Assembly (NCBI GenBank): GCA_041736305.1
Contig: JBGSTX010000118.1
Coordinates: 1 to 50,938 of the forward strand
Reading direction: 5' to 3'
DNA: 50,938 nt
Origin: Oligoflexus sp.
GTDB lineage: Bacteria; Bdellovibrionota_B; Oligoflexia; Oligoflexales; Oligoflexaceae
Positions within the stretch are counted from its first letter, which is position 1; every line of letters begins with the position of its first letter. Made by a program: the position numbers and the translations under genes. The notes below the pieces were generated by a model that was not told where the DNA came from, made no database searches, and saw only the letters and a list, made by a program, of their open reading frames with translations. Shown here one piece after another: positions 47,790 through 50,938 of this stretch.

Positions 47790-50700
47790 TCAACTGCGAT
47801 AAGGCGGCAGCGAAAGAAGTTCATGTCGGGCGAGAAAATCCGGGCAGCGGTCCAGAGCCTGGGTATAGGCGACAACTATCTCCATATTCGTCAGAAGCGA
47901 GCAGCCGAATTTCACAGCAGCCTGGCGCACGTGTGAACCGCGCGTGAGCTCTTTACGTTGGGAGTTCTTCGGAATGTTGACAACGAAATCAACCTTGCCA
48001 TCTTTTATCGCCTGAATAACGTCATTGGGACCTTCGCCTGGCCAATCCAGTGCCGTTACAGGAATCTCGTGCTCCTGCAGATATTTCGCGGTCCCAGGAG
48101 TCGCGTAGAGTGGGAGGCGAAGCGAGACGAGAATTCTAGCTGCCTGCAGGAATCGAAGCTTATCCTTCTCCGCACCCGAACTTACCAGTACGCCTTTTTC
48201 AGGGCGATAGACGCCGGAGGCTTCCATCGCCAAGAGCAAAGCTTGATCGATGTTTTCACCTATGCAGCCGACTTCACCGGTGGACGCCATTTCCACGCCT
48301 AAGATCGGATCAGCCCCACCGAGTCGCTTGAAGCTGAACATCGCGGCTTTGACCCCAACGTAGGGCAGATCGTCCTCATTAAAACGACTGAGGTTCGGCT
48401 TGCCGCCGATCATCACATCGGTCGCTACATCGGCGAGATTGATACCCACTGCTTTCGAAACGAAAGGAAAAGAACGTGCTGCGCGCGCGTTGCATTCGAT
48501 GACCTTCAGCTCGCCTTCTTTTGCCATAAACTGCATATTGAAGGGGCCATTGAGACCAAGACCCTGGGCGATGGCGCGTCCAGCTGAACGAACTCGCCGC
48601 ACAGTTTCTACATATAGACGCTGCGCCGGTACTACTAGAGTAGCGTCGCCCGAGTGCACACCTGCATTTTCAATGTGCTCACTCACGATAGCCGTGAGAA
48701 TTTCTCCGTTCTTAGCTACCCCATCCAGCTCGATTTCTCTGGCACCCTCGATGAATTCCGATAATACAACCGGATGCTCGGGCGAAAGTTCGATAGCATT
48801 AGCGAGGCAGTTGTGCAGTGATTCGGAGTCATAAGCGACGCTCATCGCTGCACCTGAAAGGACGTAACTTGGTCTGATGAGGATAGGAAAGCCGATCTCT
48901 TCAACGAACTTCAGAATTTCTTCTTTGGATCTGGCCGCAGTCCAGCGGGGCTGGCCTATGCCTAGAGTATCCAATAAGGCCGAAAAGCGGCTGCGATCCT
49001 CTGAGCAATCAATGGTATTTGCACGGTGCCCGAGAAGTTTGAGGCCTGCTTCTGCCAAAGGCTTCGCCAGCCGATTTGGAAGCTGACCGCCCATCGAGCA
49101 AATGACACCTACCGGTCTTTCAATATCTGTGATGTCAAGGATTCTCTCGAGAGAGAGCTCTTCGAAGTATAATCGATCGCTACAATTGTAATCGGTAGAC
49201 ACCGTTTCTGGATTGCAGTTGATGATGATACTGCGCCAGCCAGATTCTTGGAGTTTCCTGCTGCAGCTAACCGCGCACCAGTCAAATTCTACGGAAGTAC
49301 CGATACGATAGGAGCCGCCGCCAAGGACCAAGGCCGAGAAGACTTTATTATCCTCAGGAAGGGGATCGCTGTAGAGCCCGCCATAGGACATATAAAGATA
49401 ATTCGAAGGCGAGGGGTATTCGCCTGCCGTTGTGTCGATCTTTTTAGTCACAGGGCGAATACCGTGCTCGAGGCGCAGCTTGCGGACAGCCAAAGAACCC
49501 TGACGAAGTTCAGGCGCCGAAATCCGCAGGCCCTGTGCTCTGAGGACCAAGCCAGCTATCTGCTCATCACCGAAGCCTTGCAGCTTCCACTTCCTCCATT
49601 CAGAGCTTGGCACCGCCTGGAGCGCTTCGAGGATAATCTGTTCCGCAGATCGTGGGTCTTTAACTTTTTTGCTATATTCCTTAATCACTTCTTCTGAAGC
49701 GACCATGTTTTTCAGATGCGAGAGGAACCACTTATCGATCGTCGTCATCCGACTCACTTGTTCCATAGTCCAGCCGCGTCGGAAAGCTTCCACGACTGCG
49801 AAGAGACGCTTATCGGTCGGGGCTGTGAGTTCGGTCTCAAGTTCTTCCATAGTAAGAGCTGTGCGTGGCATGCTCAAACCTTCGGCTATCTCGGTCACCA
49901 TGCGAGTCGCCTTTTGAATCGCTTCAGGAAAACTGCGGCCGATCGCCATGACTTCGCCCACTGATTTCATGGTCGAGCCGAGGTTCCGGTTGACTCCTTG
50001 AAATTTCAAGAGGTCCCAGCGGGGCATCTTGATAGTAATGTAGTCGAGAGCTGGCTCGAAAAAAGCATAGGTGATTCCAGTAACGGGATTCTTGAGCTCG
50101 AGAAGATCGTAGCCGAGCACGACTTTGGCTGCGATGTAGGCGATAGGGTAGCCTGATGCCTTGCTGGCCAATGCGGAGGATCGTGAGAGTCGCGCGTTGA
50201 CTTCGATGACCGAAAATGCCAGCGATTCGGGATCCAGAGCATACTGCACGTTGCACTCGCCGACGATGCCGAGCGAATTGACTATGGTGATCGCCGCATT
50301 GCGGAGGATCTGATATTCGTCGTCTGACAAGGACTGACTAGGACAGACAACGATCGAATCACCGGTGTGTATTCCCAGGGGATCGAAGTTTTCCATATTG
50401 CAGATGGTGATCGTATTCCCTTCGGAATCGCGCATCACTTCGTATTCGACTTCTTTCCAGCCTTTGAGCGACTTCTCGACCAGGACTTGAGGTGAAGAGG
50501 CGAGAGCGGACTGGACGAGGTTTTTGAGCTCGTCATCGGTAGATGCAAAGCCGCTGCCAAGGCCGCCTAGAGCAAAAGCGGCTCTGACGATTACAGGGTA
50601 GCCGATACTCTGGGCTGCATCGAGAGCTTCTTCCCAAGTTTCGCAGGCTCGGCTAGAGGGGATCGGCATGCCGAGCTCGAGCATCTTTTTCGCGAAATCG

Positions 50701-50938
50701 TCTCTGTCTTCGGTGAGGCGAAGAACGGAGGCTGGAGTGCCGAGGTTCCGGACCTGGTATTTTTCAAGGATACCGGCCTTGTCGAGCTCCATCAGGCAAT
50801 TTAAAGCAGTTTGGCCACCAAAGCCGGCGATGATGGCGTCGGGGCGCTCTTTATCGATGACCTTTTCAACCCAATCGAGTTCAACAGGGTAAAGGTAGAC
50901 CTTCACACCTGGCATAGGATTGGTTTGTACGGTGGCTA
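47790..50938 (-). CDS. carB: Carbamoyl-phosphate synthase large subunit (5' end outside window)
   Basis: GFGGQTALN, ENFDPLGIHTGDS, IEVNARLSRSSALASKA, NCNPETVSTDY, EMASTGEV and an MGS domain. The frame stays open to the window edge (ATVQTNP...). Confidence 0.97.
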   Translation of the reverse strand, partial: ATVQTNPMPGVKVYLYPVELDWVEKVIDKERPDAIIAGFGGQTALNCLMELDKAGILEKYQVRNLGTPASVLRLTEDRDDFAKKMLELGMPIPSSRACETWEEALDAAQSIGYPVIVRAAFALGGLGSGFASTDDELKNLVQSALASSPQVLVEKSLKGWKEVEYEVMRDSEGNTITICNMENFDPLGIHTGDSIVVCPSQSLSDDEYQILRNAAITIVNSLGIVGECNVQYALDPESLAFSVIEVNARLSRSSALASKASGYPIAYIAAKVVLGYDLLELKNPVTGITYAFFEPALDYITIKMPRWDLLKFQGVNRNLGSTMKSVGEVMAIGRSFPEAIQKATRMVTEIAEGLSMPRTALTMEELETELTAPTDKRLFAVVEAFRRGWTMEQVSRMTTIDKWFLSHLKNMVASEEVIKEYSKKVKDPRSAEQIILEALQAVPSSEWRKWKLQGFGDEQIAGLVLRAQGLRISAPELRQGSLAVRKLRLEHGIRPVTKKIDTTAGEYPSPSNYLYMSYGGLYSDPLPEDNKVFSALVLGGGSYRIGTSVEFDWCAVSCSRKLQESGWRSIIINCNPETVSTDYNCSDRLYFEELSLERILDITDIERPVGVICSMGGQLPNRLAKPLAEAGLKLLGHRANTIDCSEDRSRFSALLDTLGIGQPRWTAARSKEEILKFVEEIGFPILIRPSYVLSGAAMSVAYDSESLHNCLANAIELSPEHPVVLSEFIEGAREIELDGVAKNGEILTAIVSEHIENAGVHSGDATLVVPAQRLYVETVRRVRSAGRAIAQGLGLNGPFNMQFMAKEGELKVIECNARAARSFPFVSKAVGINLADVATDVMIGGKPNLSRFNEDDLPYVGVKAAMFSFKRLGGADPILGVEMASTGEVGCIGENIDQALLLAMEASGVYRPEKGVLVSSGAEKDKLRFLQAARILVSLRLPLYATPGTAKYLQEHEIPVTALDWPGEGPNDVIQAIKDGKVDFVVNIPKNSQRKELTRGSHVRQAAVKFGCSLLTNMEIVVAYTQALDRCPDFLARHELLSLPPYRS

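Noticed and set aside
1-50938. CRISPR array or cas genes
   Set aside because: No regularly spaced direct repeats were seen by eye in any intergenic region. An array left of position 1 cannot be excluded.

Overview
Bacterial chromosomal window, mostly housekeeping and motility genes. Gene order and protein types suggest a Bdellovibrionota/Oligoflexia-like organism; this is inference, not verified. The left edge (1-2270) is mobile DNA. It holds an uninterrupted, >443-codon TnpB-like RNA-guided nuclease ORF on the minus strand, missed by the ORF track because it runs off the window. Its RuvC site is the rearranged type (D221, G317 in place of the usual Glu, E363, D398). Divergent from it is an IS5-family transposase with a -1 frameshift signal, an in-frame amber stop and no recognisable left inverted repeat. 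Next come an MFS transporter, a prkA(yeaG)-yeaH-spoVR operon with a coupled envelope protein gene, prfB with its +1 frameshift, flbD with a TPR gene, a sigma28-preceded chemoreceptor, purN and fmt. A sigma54-preceded flagellar operon follows (TPR protein, receiver-less enhancer-binding protein, flgBC, fliEF, no fliG, long fliH, fliIJ, MotE-like gene). The rest is hldE, nrdAB with NrdR boxes and a long leader, ung, convergent bfd/bfr with a Fur-like box, tRNA-Met, a GH5 glycosidase, a TauE exporter and partial carB. No CRISPR array, rRNA or prophage is seen.
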